This document shows, one piece after another, positions 1 through 10,022 of a stretch of DNA of 32,000 nt. Position 1 is the first letter of the stretch; every line of letters begins with the position of its first letter. The translations under genes were made by a program, and so were the position numbers. The notes under the pieces are model-generated. The model did not search any database, had not been told where the DNA came from, and saw nothing but the letters and a program-made list of their open reading frames with translations. Source of the DNA: Wolbachia endosymbiont strain TRS of Brugia malayi (GTDB taxonomy: Bacteria > Pseudomonadota > Alphaproteobacteria > Rickettsiales > Anaplasmataceae). The stretch is from NCBI RefSeq assembly GCF_000008385.1, contig NC_006833.1, forward strand, positions 780,001 to 812,000, in the 5' to 3' direction.

Positions 1-737
1 CATTATTTCCAGCATTACCTTTGCCCCTATAAACTAATACAGAGAAAGTTGAGACTTCTACGAAAACGCCAACCACTGCAATTACTGATACAATAAAAGC
101 TGACGCTGTAGAGGCTACTTAGCCTTCAACAACAGAATTAACAACTTAAACAAGTACTGAAAAGTCTACAACAATGGAACCTATAACAGTAGCTGTTACC
201 TCACAAACAACAACAGTAACTGAACAAGTAACAACGTCAACTCACGTTTCAATAACAAATTTAGAGGAAACTACACAAACATTATTTACTATACCAAGTA
301 CTAGAAGAATAAAAGAATCAACAACTCCTATATTTATTACGACTTTATTTCCTTAATCCATCCCTTCTATACAACCGCTTGACGTGTATAGCAGGTAAAC
401 CTAATGAGGCAAGTTGGATCTGTATTTGGAGCAGTAAGTTTTATTGGAATAATAAGGAGGATTTATAGTATACAAATACGTAAAAGAATACCGCCATTGC
501 AATACCATTCTTGTATCAGAATTAGCTAATTTGGATTATGAAAATCAATCACATTCAAATAGCAATAAGGAATTTTTTATCAGTAACAGCAGAACAAGCA
601 GTCCTGAAATAGTGCTAAATGGCATATCAGTAGAAAGCAGTAGCCAATTAAGCAGTTCATCACCTGTAAGCAGTAGAAGTTTAGAGTCTAGAAGATTATC
701 TTGTGACAGCAATGATATATCAGGACATCATCTCTAG
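1..737 (+). pseudogene. Degraded Ser/Thr-rich membrane protein remnant (Thr-rich segment, possible TM segment, Ser-rich tail)
   Basis: Short ORFs 174-356 and 531-737 are strongly Thr/Ser rich. Between them the sequence reads RQVGSVFGAVSFIGIIRRIYS, a hydrophobic segment followed by basic residues, in a different frame with stops. Confidence 0.35.
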
Positions 738-820
738 CTATCGCTTGATGTTTAATAGCATACCATTGACTAGTAGGGAAATTATTTTACTTTCATGATT
801 TTCATGTTAAAATATAATTT

Positions 821-1165
821 CTAGGTGAAATAAGTAGCTGCTGTTGTGTGGTAAACACAGCAGAGGAAAGTCCGGGCTCCAAGGAAAAATAGTGACGGGT
901 AACACCCGCCGGAGGTAACTCCAGTTATAGGACTACAGAAAATTACCGCCTAAATATTCTTAGGTAAGGGTGAAAAGGTGTGGTAAGAGCACACCATAGC
1001 AATGGCAACATTGGTAGTCAAGTAACCAACATTAGGAGCAAGATTAAATAAGAGTAGACTTTATGTTTTCTTCATATCTACTCGGGTAAATCGCATGCAG
1101 TAAATGGTAACATTTACTCTAGATAAATAGCTACATAAACAGAACTCGGCTTATATTTCACCTAG
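821..1165 (+). ncRNA. rnpB: RNase P RNA, bacterial type
   Basis: Conserved core GCAGAGGAAAGTCCGGGCTCC at about 862-882. Terminal P1 helix CTAGGTGAAAT at the 5' end pairs with ATTTCACCTAG at the 3' end. ACAGAACTCGGCTTA motif near the 3' end. Confidence 0.95.
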
Positions 1166-1214
1166 ACATTCATATAAACATAGGTCACGCTATACTTAAA
1201 AACATGCAAGCACT

Positions 1215-1985
1215 TTATGCATTGTCCTTAACCTGTTCTGCTTGATAGTCACTACTATTTTCCCCTACATTAATACTGGAATACTCTTCCTCATCAACAT
1301 ACTCTTTCAGGACATAACCCCTGCCCCAAACGGTTTCTATGTGGCTTTTTCCATCATTTGCACTTTCAAGTTTCTTGCGCAATTTGCACATAAAGACATC
1401 AACTATCTTATTATCTGAAGGTTCATCTAAGCCGTTATAAAGATGATCTAAAAACATTTCTTTTGTTAATACTGTTCCTTTACGTAACGCTAGCAATTCT
1501 ATCATAGAATATTCTTTATTAGTAAGGTGAACTGTTTTACCTTTTACCTCAACAACCCTGTGATCAAAATTGATGTTTATATTACCAATCTTTATCACTG
1601 ACTCAGGATGGCCTTTAGTACGACGTACTATTGCTTTTATTCGAGCAAGTAGCTCACTCTTATGAAATGGTTTAGTTAAGTAGTCATCAGCACCGTACCC
1701 AAGTCCCTTAGCTTTATGATTAACAGCAGATATACATGAAAGTATCAAGACAGGAACTTTAATCTTTGCACTTCTTAACCTTAACAGTATATCATACCCA
1801 TCAATATCACCAGGTAAGTGTATATCTAGAATAACTAGGTCATAGTGATCTCCATTTGAGGAAACCATATTGTTGTTGTAGTCTTGCGCAGAAGTTACAA
1901 CATCACAAAAGTGCCCATCAGAAGTCAAAGCGTTAACTACAGTCTTTGCACTGACTTGATCATCTTCAATTAGTAATATACGCAT
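1215..1985 (-). CDS. ctrA: Two-component response regulator with winged-helix DNA-binding domain, CtrA-like cell-cycle regulator
   Basis: 256 aa ORF. Receiver domain with MRILLIEDD and DLVILDIHLPGDIDGYD. OmpR/CtrA-type C-terminus ending FMCKLRKKLESANDGKSHIETVWGRGYVL. Confidence 0.92.
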   Translation of the reverse strand: MRILLIEDDQVSAKTVVNALTSDGHFCDVVTSAQDYNNNMVSSNGDHYDLVILDIHLPGDIDGYDILLRLRSAKIKVPVLILSCISAVNHKAKGLGYGADDYLTKPFHKSELLARIKAIVRRTKGHPESVIKIGNININFDHRVVEVKGKTVHLTNKEYSMIELLALRKGTVLTKEMFLDHLYNGLDEPSDNKIVDVFMCKLRKKLESANDGKSHIETVWGRGYVLKEYVDEEEYSSINVGENSSDYQAEQVKDNA

Positions 1986-2307
1986 ATTTTACACCCCGTA
2001 AATAATTTATAATTTTAGTAATATATATAACTAAGGAAAGTAACAAATCAAACTTTTATTGATAAACGGCCAAAATTACTAACAGTAAACATATCATTTC
2101 AAAATTATATCAACAGATCTAAAATATAATAGATATAATATATATCATAAAAATAACACTGTTTTTAGTAAACATTGAACTAAAGTTGTTGCTATTAAAA
2201 GAATACTTAGGTTAATAAATATTTAACTATCTTATAACCTATATTATATTTTTAATTTACTTATTCTGCTATTCTAAAGTATAAGTAATACTTTCCAGGA
2301 ACACTGT

Positions 2308-3291
2308 GTGACAATATCAATTTTAGGTGCTGGTGCATGGGGTACAGCAATTGCAAATTCACTGAGTGGTAAGCAAAATGTAATTCTATGGACTCACAAT
2401 AAAACCACATTTGAATCAATTAGCAGAACAAGAGAAAGCGACAAATTATTAGGCTGTCAAATTCCTGAAAACGTATCAGTAAAATTGGCTATTAAAGAAA
2501 CAGTTAACGCTTCAGCAATGATTTTTGCTGTTCCTACTCAGTCTCTTAGGAAAGTATGTCAGCAATTACACGATTGTAACTTAAAAAAAGATGTAGCAAT
2601 AATTTTAGCCTGTAAAGGGATAGAAAAATCTACATTAAAACTACCAAGTGAAATAGTAAATGAAGTTTTACCTAACAATCCGGTTGCTATTTTTTCAGGT
2701 CCAAGTTTCGCTATAGAAGTTGCAAAAAAATTACCATATTCAATGGTTCTTGCATGTCAAGATGACACATTAGGTTCAAAGCTAATATCAGAACTACAGC
2801 AGGAAAACATAAAATTGCACTTCAGTAGCGATGTTGTAGGAGTACAGATCTGCGCAGCACTAAAGAACGTTTTTGCTATAGCATGTGGAATTGTTCTGGG
2901 TAAAAAACTTGGATTTAATGCCCACGCAGCACTGGTAACAAAAAGCATGAATGAAGTAAAGACCTTATATCTAGCAAAAACAGATAGCGTTAGTATAGAC
3001 ATAGATACGCTACTTGGACCTGCATGTCTGGGTGACCTAATTATGACATGTACATCCTTAAATTCAAGAAACCTGTCCTTTGGGTTTAAAATAGGTAGTA
3101 GTAACAATAGCTTTGATGCTCAGCAGACTCTGTCAGAGGGTAAGTCAGTGATTGAAGGTTTTAGTACCGCTCAATCTGCATTTAATTTAGCAGAGAAACT
3201 AAAGATAAAAATGCCTATATGTGAAGCAGTATATAGATTATTGTATGAAAGTGCATCTATAGAGGATACTATTTCCGTTTTTGTAGGTTAA
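2308..3291 (+). CDS. gpsA: Glycerol-3-phosphate dehydrogenase [NAD(P)+]
   Basis: N-terminal Rossmann motif ISILGAGAWGTAIA, plus ACKGIE, FSGPSFAIEVAKKLP, and KNVFAIACGI followed by GPACLGDLIMTCTS. Confidence 0.95.
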   Translation: MTISILGAGAWGTAIANSLSGKQNVILWTHNKTTFESISRTRESDKLLGCQIPENVSVKLAIKETVNASAMIFAVPTQSLRKVCQQLHDCNLKKDVAIILACKGIEKSTLKLPSEIVNEVLPNNPVAIFSGPSFAIEVAKKLPYSMVLACQDDTLGSKLISELQQENIKLHFSSDVVGVQICAALKNVFAIACGIVLGKKLGFNAHAALVTKSMNEVKTLYLAKTDSVSIDIDTLLGPACLGDLIMTCTSLNSRNLSFGFKIGSSNNSFDAQQTLSEGKSVIEGFSTAQSAFNLAEKLKIKMPICEAVYRLLYESASIEDTISVFVG

Positions 3292-3301
3292 TTTTATAGT
3301 T

Positions 3302-3793
3302 TTGTGTACTGTGAAATTTTTATATAAATTGATATCAACATGGTGGCTATCTGGGACAGTAAAAAAAATGCCAGGCACTGTAGGCAGCTTAGCTGCTTAC
3401 CCAATTGTTCTCCTAGTACTAAGTGACAAAATTTTAGGTGCAGCAATTATCCTTTTCTTATTCTTAATCGGATTGTGGTCCACAGATAATTATATAAAAC
3501 ATTACCAGACTTCACATGATCCAAAGGAGGTAGTGATTGATGAAGTAGTTGGTCAATTTCTGACAATATTTCTAATTTCAGTATTGCTAAACCAAGAGGT
3601 GAGTTGCCCTTTATTGCTGTTGTGCTTTCTTTTCTTTAGGTTTTTTGATATAATAAAAACGTGGCCTATAAATTTGATTGATAAAAATATCAAAGGTCCT
3701 CTAGGCATTATGCTGGATGATATTATAGCTGCAATTTTAGCCTGTGTTCCTATAGGGGCTTTTTATTGTCTATTGTCTGTGTATGCGGGATAA
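3302..3793 (+). CDS. pgpA: Phosphatidylglycerophosphatase A
   Basis: PGTVGSLAAYP, DPKEVVIDEVVGQ and FRFFDIIKTWPI are PgpA signatures. Confidence 0.9.
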   Translation: MCTVKFLYKLISTWWLSGTVKKMPGTVGSLAAYPIVLLVLSDKILGAAIILFLFLIGLWSTDNYIKHYQTSHDPKEVVIDEVVGQFLTIFLISVLLNQEVSCPLLLLCFLFFRFFDIIKTWPINLIDKNIKGPLGIMLDDIIAAILACVPIGAFYCLLSVYAG

Positions 3794-4562
3794 GAAAATT
3801 TACTATTCAAGCTTAGTTATTCAAAATCTAAAGGATTATATACTTTATGCAGCAAATTTATCTAAGTGGGAAGTGCATGACAAATTCGATAATGTTACAT
3901 TCACAATAAATGGTACTAGAGAGTCATTATTCAATTTTGTGTTTTGTGAAGACCAATGTACTGAGCTTTCTGTACAAAAAACTTTAGATTATCTTAGAGC
4001 AAGAAATATAGAAGCAACATGGGTAATGAATTCGCATACAAAGACACAGGGCATTTTAGAAAAGTGTGGAATAAAACACGTCAGCACACCAAAAAAAGTT
4101 TTACTTAACATGAAAAATTACTTCTTGCCCGCTGATGTTGTTCCAGGCTTAAAGTTGAACGCTGTAACTAGTAGCAACCTCTTAAAACAGCTAGATTCAT
4201 ATACTTCTAAGATTTTTCACCACAGTATTGGAATTGTTAGCACATTTTTTCGCGGATTATCAAATTATGATGATAAAAACTCAGGATTAAGATTTTTTCT
4301 TGTAACACTAAACGATGAAATTATTGGAACATGCGGCTTTTATATTCAAGACAGCGTAGCCGGTTTTTACAGTGATGGAGTTTTGCCAATTTATAGAAAT
4401 CGTGGGATAGGTACACAAATGGTTTTAGATAGAATCAAAATAATTCAGCAGCTTGAATGCAAACATGTAGTAGCACATTGCATGAAACCTTCTGTCAACC
4501 TTTATAAGAGATTGGGTTTTCAGATATTAGGCAATCTTTACTTGTACACTTCTTCAGCGTAA
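3783..4562 (+). CDS. GNAT-family N-acetyltransferase
   Basis: C-terminal GNAT motif A VLPIYRNRGIGTQMVLDRI and SVNLYKRLGFQILG. Overlaps the end of pgpA by 11 nt. Confidence 0.8.
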   Translation: MRDKKIYYSSLVIQNLKDYILYAANLSKWEVHDKFDNVTFTINGTRESLFNFVFCEDQCTELSVQKTLDYLRARNIEATWVMNSHTKTQGILEKCGIKHVSTPKKVLLNMKNYFLPADVVPGLKLNAVTSSNLLKQLDSYTSKIFHHSIGIVSTFFRGLSNYDDKNSGLRFFLVTLNDEIIGTCGFYIQDSVAGFYSDGVLPIYRNRGIGTQMVLDRIKIIQQLECKHVVAHCMKPSVNLYKRLGFQILGNLYLYTSSA

Positions 4563-4617
4563 CTTAACATACCCTTACCAAGAGGTTATAAATTTTTACG
4601 TCTGTTTTAAAGGTACT

Positions 4618-5754
4618 ATGTTTTTTCTGTACGAAGTAGTTTTATTGTTAATTTTAATATTATTCTTTCTTTCTTATTCTAAATTGAAAGTGGATAATAA
4701 AATTAAGAGCCTACAACACCAAAATATTATAATAAATAATTTAATTGATACTGTAGATGATGGGTTTTACATTTGGGATGCAAAAAAACGCATAGAAAAA
4801 TTTTCTCCTAACTTATTAATTTTACTTAATACTGTTTTTTACTCATTCAATGAGTTCGTAAACTTTTTTGAGCAATCGGAAAGCTTAATTAAAAATTTCA
4901 CCGAAGCAAAGGAAATAAATAAATCTTTCACTTTGGATTTAAAGTCAAAAGACGGTGAAGTTTATTGTATGTGTTATGGTAGAAGCATAATAGACGATTT
5001 TAACAAAGTGATTGGTGTGCTGTTGTGGATAAGAAATATCTCAGACTACAAGATAAAAGCCAATGCACTTGAGTTAGAAAATAATAAGCTCACACAAGAA
5101 ATAGAGAATTATAGAAATATTTTCAACTCTTTGCCGTTTCCAATACTAAAATATGATGAAAATAAAAAAGTAAAGTTTCATAATTTGTTTTATGATAAAT
5201 ATATAAACAGTTCTCAGAGATTGGCTGTCATTAGCAGCGTCTACAACACAAAATTAGGAAAGCATGTGATCACTTGTAAAAATGAACGCAAGATCTTTGA
5301 TTTTATTAAAATTCCAATACGAAGTTCCGGCAGTATGGTAATGTATGGAAAAGATATCAGTGATGCAGAGGGGTTACGTGCTGAATTAGATAGTTATCTA
5401 GCTACACAGAAAAATTTACTTGAGGAGCTACCAATTGCTATCGCAATATATAGTAAGAATCAAAAACTAAAGTTTTACAATAACGCTTTTGTAAAAACCT
5501 TTCAGTTTGACGCAAAATTTTTAGTATCTTATCCAACTTATTATGAAGTCATGCTTTATCTATTCGAACCTAAAAAGCTTTTAGAAAAAGAAGATTTCCA
5601 AACCATTAGTAACCAAAGGCATGAGTTGTTTAAAAAACTATTTGGGCCACATAATGATACGATCCATCTCACAAATGGAAAAGTATTCAGAATACTAACG
5701 ATACCCTATGCTTCAGAAGGCTTGCTCTTTGCATACAAAGAGTACAAAAGATAA
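4618..5754 (+). CDS. Membrane-anchored PAS-domain protein; sensor portion without histidine kinase catalytic domains
   Basis: N-terminal hydrophobic segment, a coiled coil, and PAS-like repeats (IDTVDDGFYIWDAKKRIEKFSP; NSLPFPILKYDENKKVKFHN; LPIAIAIYSKNQKLKFYNNAF). The ORF ends at LLFAYKEYKR with no H-box or ATPase domain. Confidence 0.75.
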   Translation: MFFLYEVVLLLILILFFLSYSKLKVDNKIKSLQHQNIIINNLIDTVDDGFYIWDAKKRIEKFSPNLLILLNTVFYSFNEFVNFFEQSESLIKNFTEAKEINKSFTLDLKSKDGEVYCMCYGRSIIDDFNKVIGVLLWIRNISDYKIKANALELENNKLTQEIENYRNIFNSLPFPILKYDENKKVKFHNLFYDKYINSSQRLAVISSVYNTKLGKHVITCKNERKIFDFIKIPIRSSGSMVMYGKDISDAEGLRAELDSYLATQKNLLEELPIAIAIYSKNQKLKFYNNAFVKTFQFDAKFLVSYPTYYEVMLYLFEPKKLLEKEDFQTISNQRHELFKKLFGPHNDTIHLTNGKVFRILTIPYASEGLLFAYKEYKR

Positions 5755-5757
5755 AAT

Positions 5758-6546
5758 TTAAAATCCTTTTCTCTCTACCATAAGCTGTTTTATTTTCGCT
5801 ATTGCTTTTGCTGGATTAAGCCCTTTAGGGCAGGTTTTTGTGCAACTCATTATTGTATGACAACGATACAACTTAAATGGGTCATTTAAGGCATCAAGTC
5901 TTTCATCTGTTTTATTATCACGACTATCAGCAATCCATCTGTAAGCTTGTAATAGTATTGCTGGTCCTAAAAATTTATCATTATTCCACCAATAGTTTGG
6001 ACAACCAGTCGAGCAGCAAGCACATAATATACAATCAGAAAGGCCATCCAGTTTTTTTCTATCTTCAGGAGATTGCGAATATTCTTGATTTAGCAGGTTA
6101 GGCTTATCTGCCTGTAACCAAGGATTAACTGACTTATATTGCTCATAAAATTGGCTCAAGTCTGAAACTAGATCTTTTATTACATACATATGAGGTAATG
6201 GATATATTTTTACATCACCCTTTATATCTGGTATAGATTTAGTACATGCAAGAGTATTGGTCCCATCAATATTCATAGCACAAGACCCACATATTCCTTC
6301 TCTGCAAGAACGTCTAAAAGTTAAGGTAGGATCTATTTCATCCTTTATTTTTATCAATGCATCAAGCACCATAGAGCCACAATTATCCATATCAATGAAA
6401 AACGTGTCTACTCTAGGATTTTTTTTGTCATCAGCAGACCAACGGTAAATTTGAAATCTCCTAACATTTTTCGCTTTAGTAGGAGCAGGGTAAACCTTGC
6501 CCTTTTTATTAATTTTAGAATTTTTTGGCAAAAAAAACTGAACCAT
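5758..6546 (-). CDS. sdhB: Succinate dehydrogenase iron-sulfur subunit
   Basis: [15 protein letters not shown] [2Fe-2S] motif; [17 protein letters not shown] and [21 protein letters not shown] motifs. Confidence 0.97.
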   Translation of the reverse strand: MVQFFLPKNSKINKKGKVYPAPTKAKNVRRFQIYRWSADDKKNPRVDTFFIDMDNCGSMVLDALIKIKDEIDPTLTFRRSCREGICGSCAMNIDGTNTLACTKSIPDIKGDVKIYPLPHMYVIKDLVSDLSQFYEQYKSVNPWLQADKPNLLNQEYSQSPEDRKKLDGLSDCILCACCSTGCPNYWWNNDKFLGPAILLQAYRWIADSRDNKTDERLDALNDPFKLYRCHTIMSCTKTCPKGLNPAKAIAKIKQLMVERKGF

Positions 6547-6639
6547 ATTGCTTATCTTTTATCATCTATAGCTAAAAACCCTTTTGCTCTGTAGATAACA
6601 TATTTTAACATCATCCACTATATTTTTATTAAATCCCTT

Positions 6640-7092
6640 TTAAATTGCACACATATTGTATCCAAGCGAAGCTAAAATCTTACCTTCCAGATTTTTCATT
6701 ACAACTTCCTCACCTTTTTTCTGGTGATCATAGCCAAGTAAATGCAATAACCCATGCACTAACATATGTGCAACATGAGCTGGAATGGGTATATGATACT
6801 CATCTGATTCTTTTCTTACTGTGTCTATTGAAATAGCTATGTCTCCTAAGTCGCATTCACTAGATAATTGTTCACACGGAAATGATAGCACATTAGTTGG
6901 CTTATTCATCTGTCTAAATCTTAAATTAAGTTGATGCAGCAAATTATCATCAGCAAGAGCGATTGATATATTCGGTTTATATTGGTCTATTTTCAACTCT
7001 TTGAGAGAGGCATTTATAATGTTCAATGTAAAGCCCTTTGGATCTTCTACAATGCTGTACCACTTCTTATCAAGAATATTCACTTCTAACAT
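6640..7092 (-). CDS. ybeY: Endoribonuclease YbeY / rRNA maturation factor
   Basis: Zn-binding motif [16 protein letters not shown] and NVLSFP. The ORF track extends to 7155 from a TTG codon. The start [11 protein letters not shown] at 7092 looks more likely. Confidence 0.92.
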
Positions 7093-7158
7093 GAGTAATA
7101 TACCAAGAAAGATATTACACACTGGAACGACATCATTTGGAAACTGAAATGACAAGTA

Positions 7159-7556
7159 TTACACATCACTCATTTTTATTATTTCATTCCACTCAACTTC
7201 TGAGACTGGAAAAATTAATAAGCGTGTTTGTTTTAAAATGACCATGTTTTTTAAAGCGGATTTCTTTTTATATCGCTTAAAGTTACTTGGTTAAGTAAAG
7301 GCTTAGAAAATTTCACATCTATCAACCCAAACCCAGAACCATTAACATGATAGTGTTCTTTAAATACTTCAACTACTCCAAATATCACTTTCTCTTTACC
7401 TGTATGATAAAAAAATGCAAAATCACCTAATTTCATAGTTTTCATACAATTTTGATGTTGATAGTTGCATATACCACTTCACCTGACTACCTGCTCTCTT
7501 TTCATCTTTGCCATGAATAATTTACTTGGCTTTGACTTAAGTAGCCAAAATTGCAT
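7159..7556 (-). pseudogene. EVE-domain protein gene inactivated by an in-frame stop and a frameshift
   Basis: Reconstructed reading: [66 protein letters not shown]...SDIKRNPL, then in another frame LKNMVILKQTRLLIFPVSEVEWNEIIKMSDV*. TGA at 7481-7479 sits where a Trp is expected. A 1-nt loss lies in the T/A run at about 7243-7254. Confidence 0.85.
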
Positions 7557-8746
7557 TACTTCTTTCTTCTTAAATAAGCTGGTATATCATAGATATTGCT
7601 GCTCCACTTAACTCCTTCACTTACTTGTTCAGCTTGTTTTGCCTCTGGAAGTAGAGTTTGGCTGTAAGACCACTCGAACTTTTTCTCCTCTGAAGTCTCA
7701 TCTTGATTTACAGATGAAGTTTCTTGCTTGTTATCATGAGTAACGCTACAATCAATGCCAGTTGCAAGAACAGAGACCCTCACTCTTCCTTCCATTGCTT
7801 GATCAAAGGTAGCACCAAATATTATATTTGCATTTTCGTCTACTTCTTCGCGCACTCTATTCGCCGCAGCATCAACCTCAAACAGAGTCATATCTCCACC
7901 GCCGGTAATATTAATCAATATTCCTTGCGCCCCTTTCATTGACACATTATCAAGCAAAGGATTAGATATCGCAGCTTCTGCAGCACTGATAGCTCTATCT
8001 TCTCCCTCTGCCTCCCCAGTACCAATCATTGCTTTACCCATTTCGCTCATTACTGTTTCTATATCAGCAAAATCAAGATTAATGAGCCCTGGCATAACCA
8101 TTAAGTCAGTCACCCCTCTAATGCCAATATGCAGTACGTTGTCAGCAAGTTTAAACGCATCAGAGAATGTAGTTTTTTCATTAGCAACCCTAAATAAGTT
8201 TTGGTTTGGAATGACAATAAGCGTATCTACGTATTTTTGTAATTCTTCAAGCCCAAGTTCCGCAATACGCATACGGCGCACACCTTCAAAGCCAAATGGT
8301 TTGGTTACAACTCCAACAGTCAATATCTTTTTTTCTTTTGACGCTTTATCCTTAACTCCAGCTCTTGCCTCTCTTGTTGCTTTTGCAATTACTGGTGCTG
8401 CGCCTGTTCCAGTGCCACCACCCATCCCTGCCGTGATGAAAAGCATATGGCTATCTTTTATATGCTCCATAATCTCATCGATTGACTCTTCTGCTGCACC
8501 CTTGCCAACATCAGGCAAAGCACCAGCACCAAGACCCTTAGTTAAATTAATACCTAACTGAATTTTCTTATCACATAATGATTTTTCTAGTGCTTGAGCA
8601 TCGGTATTTGCTACAACAAAATTCACTCCTTGCAAATTAGACTGGATCATGTTGTTTACAGCATTCCCACCAGCACCGCCCACTCCCACAACGGTGATTC
8701 TTGGATATAATACGGGTAGCTCTGGCAAACTAAGGTCAATTGACAT
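7556..8746 (-). CDS. ftsZ: Cell division protein FtsZ
   Basis: [39 protein letters not shown] tubulin/FtsZ signature, and C-terminal peptide [10 protein letters not shown]. Confidence 0.98.
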   Translation of the reverse strand: MSIDLSLPELPVLYPRITVVGVGGAGGNAVNNMIQSNLQGVNFVVANTDAQALEKSLCDKKIQLGINLTKGLGAGALPDVGKGAAEESIDEIMEHIKDSHMLFITAGMGGGTGTGAAPVIAKATREARAGVKDKASKEKKILTVGVVTKPFGFEGVRRMRIAELGLEELQKYVDTLIVIPNQNLFRVANEKTTFSDAFKLADNVLHIGIRGVTDLMVMPGLINLDFADIETVMSEMGKAMIGTGEAEGEDRAISAAEAAISNPLLDNVSMKGAQGILINITGGGDMTLFEVDAAANRVREEVDENANIIFGATFDQAMEGRVRVSVLATGIDCSVTHDNKQETSSVNQDETSEEKKFEWSYSQTLLPEAKQAEQVSEGVKWSSNIYDIPAYLRRKK

Positions 8747-9435
8747 TTAAATTACTCAAAATTTAGTGAATTCACTTGATAATAAGTTACTACCTTTTTA
8801 ACAACATGCAAACACTTTTCATCCCTACAGACATAAATAGTAAACGGATTTACTTATTTTTAACATTTATACTAATATTTATAATCAATTAATAAATGGT
8901 GAATATTAAACAAGCAGTATTACTCAACAGTCTGCATCTTTTTCTATATAAGATATTATAGCTAAAATAGCTTAGCATAACCTTTAGCTATGAATACTAA
9001 GAAACTTACTAAGATGAAAAAAAGGTAAAAAAACTAGAGTAGCTAGTTACTAACTCTTTATTCTAAATTGACATCGAATGATGTCTTACAACACTTTATA
9101 AGTGCATCTCAGCTTGTATAGGTAAAAACCTAAAATTTCATAAAGATATAAGGTACACATAGTGCAAAAAATTAAATAATAGTAGACTAAACAGAAGATC
9201 TTCCTATCATTTTAATCTGCACAGATTGGGAAATTATATAAAACAGCTTCACTATCGTGGTAAGAGAAATAGCAAAGCTTGTCAAGTAGTTTTTTGCACT
9301 TTTATGAGCTACTTGAATTTCTGAAACCCAATGCCTATGCAGTTACTGTATTACCCCAAGTGATGCAAAAAATAGAAAATATTTAGAAGAAAAAGGGACA
9401 GAGACCTATCCCTTTTCACTGAAAGTTGCACTAAT

Positions 9436-9936
9436 CTACGCAGGCGTTTTTTCTTCCTCTGTTGAGATTTTAAATATTTCCTTAAGCTCACCTATCTTGC
9501 TCGCTGGTTTTTCATCTTTAAGCAACTCGCGTACTTTCTCAATTTGGCTTGCTTTACTGCTGTTCATCCATGCATATATAGGCGCAGCTATTAAAGCCAC
9601 CACTGAAGCAGCAACGATTAAACCAGTAACTAGTGGATGAGCAACTGCAAGTGCAGGCAATCCAGTAATAGCAGGGTTAACAAGCGTTGCAATTTTTGCT
9701 CCAGCTACACCAATAAAAGCTGTATAAGCTGGGCTCAAAAAGTAAGCGGCTGTAAGCGCTACCACTGAAAGTGTACCAAGAATAACCACAGCTGTTTTGT
9801 ATGGATGATGGCATACGTATTGCCAATTCGCGTCAGCAATTCCTTTAGTTGTACTCCAAAATCCTCTATCAGAATCCTTATATCCTTTTTCATTAGCTTT
9901 AATAAAGGAATCATTTTCTAAAATATTTACTGTCAT
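9436..9936 (-). CDS. Hypothetical protein with two hydrophobic transmembrane stretches
   Basis: 166 aa intact ORF with segments TAVVILGTLSVVALTAAYFLSPAY and LVTGLIVAASVVALIAAPIYAW and a charged C-terminus. No family recognised. Confidence 0.55.
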   Translation of the reverse strand: MTVNILENDSFIKANEKGYKDSDRGFWSTTKGIADANWQYVCHHPYKTAVVILGTLSVVALTAAYFLSPAYTAFIGVAGAKIATLVNPAITGLPALAVAHPLVTGLIVAASVVALIAAPIYAWMNSSKASQIEKVRELLKDEKPASKIGELKEIFKISTEEEKTPA

Positions 9937-10022
9937 AATTCTACTCCTTAAATAGAATGTTAAATTTTTATTTATAATGGTAATATAATAAGAAAAACCC
10001 CCCTGTCAAGTATATTAGCTTG

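Noticed and set aside
2757-3107. Antisense ORF within gpsA (116 aa)
   Set aside because: Shadow of a clearly conserved gene on the opposite strand, with no recognisable domain.
5877-6448. Two antisense ORFs within sdhB
   Set aside because: sdhB cysteine motifs are clear on the minus strand; the plus-strand ORFs look random.
8082-8561. 159 aa antisense ORF inside ftsZ
   Set aside because: Ser/Pro-rich translation is the complement of Gly/Ala-rich FtsZ codons. The sense gene is unambiguous.
8747-9430. Possible transposase or coding remnant downstream of the hypothetical ORF and upstream of ftsZ
   Set aside because: A few hydrophobic or LHYRGKRNSK-like strings can be read, but nothing long enough to assign to a family.
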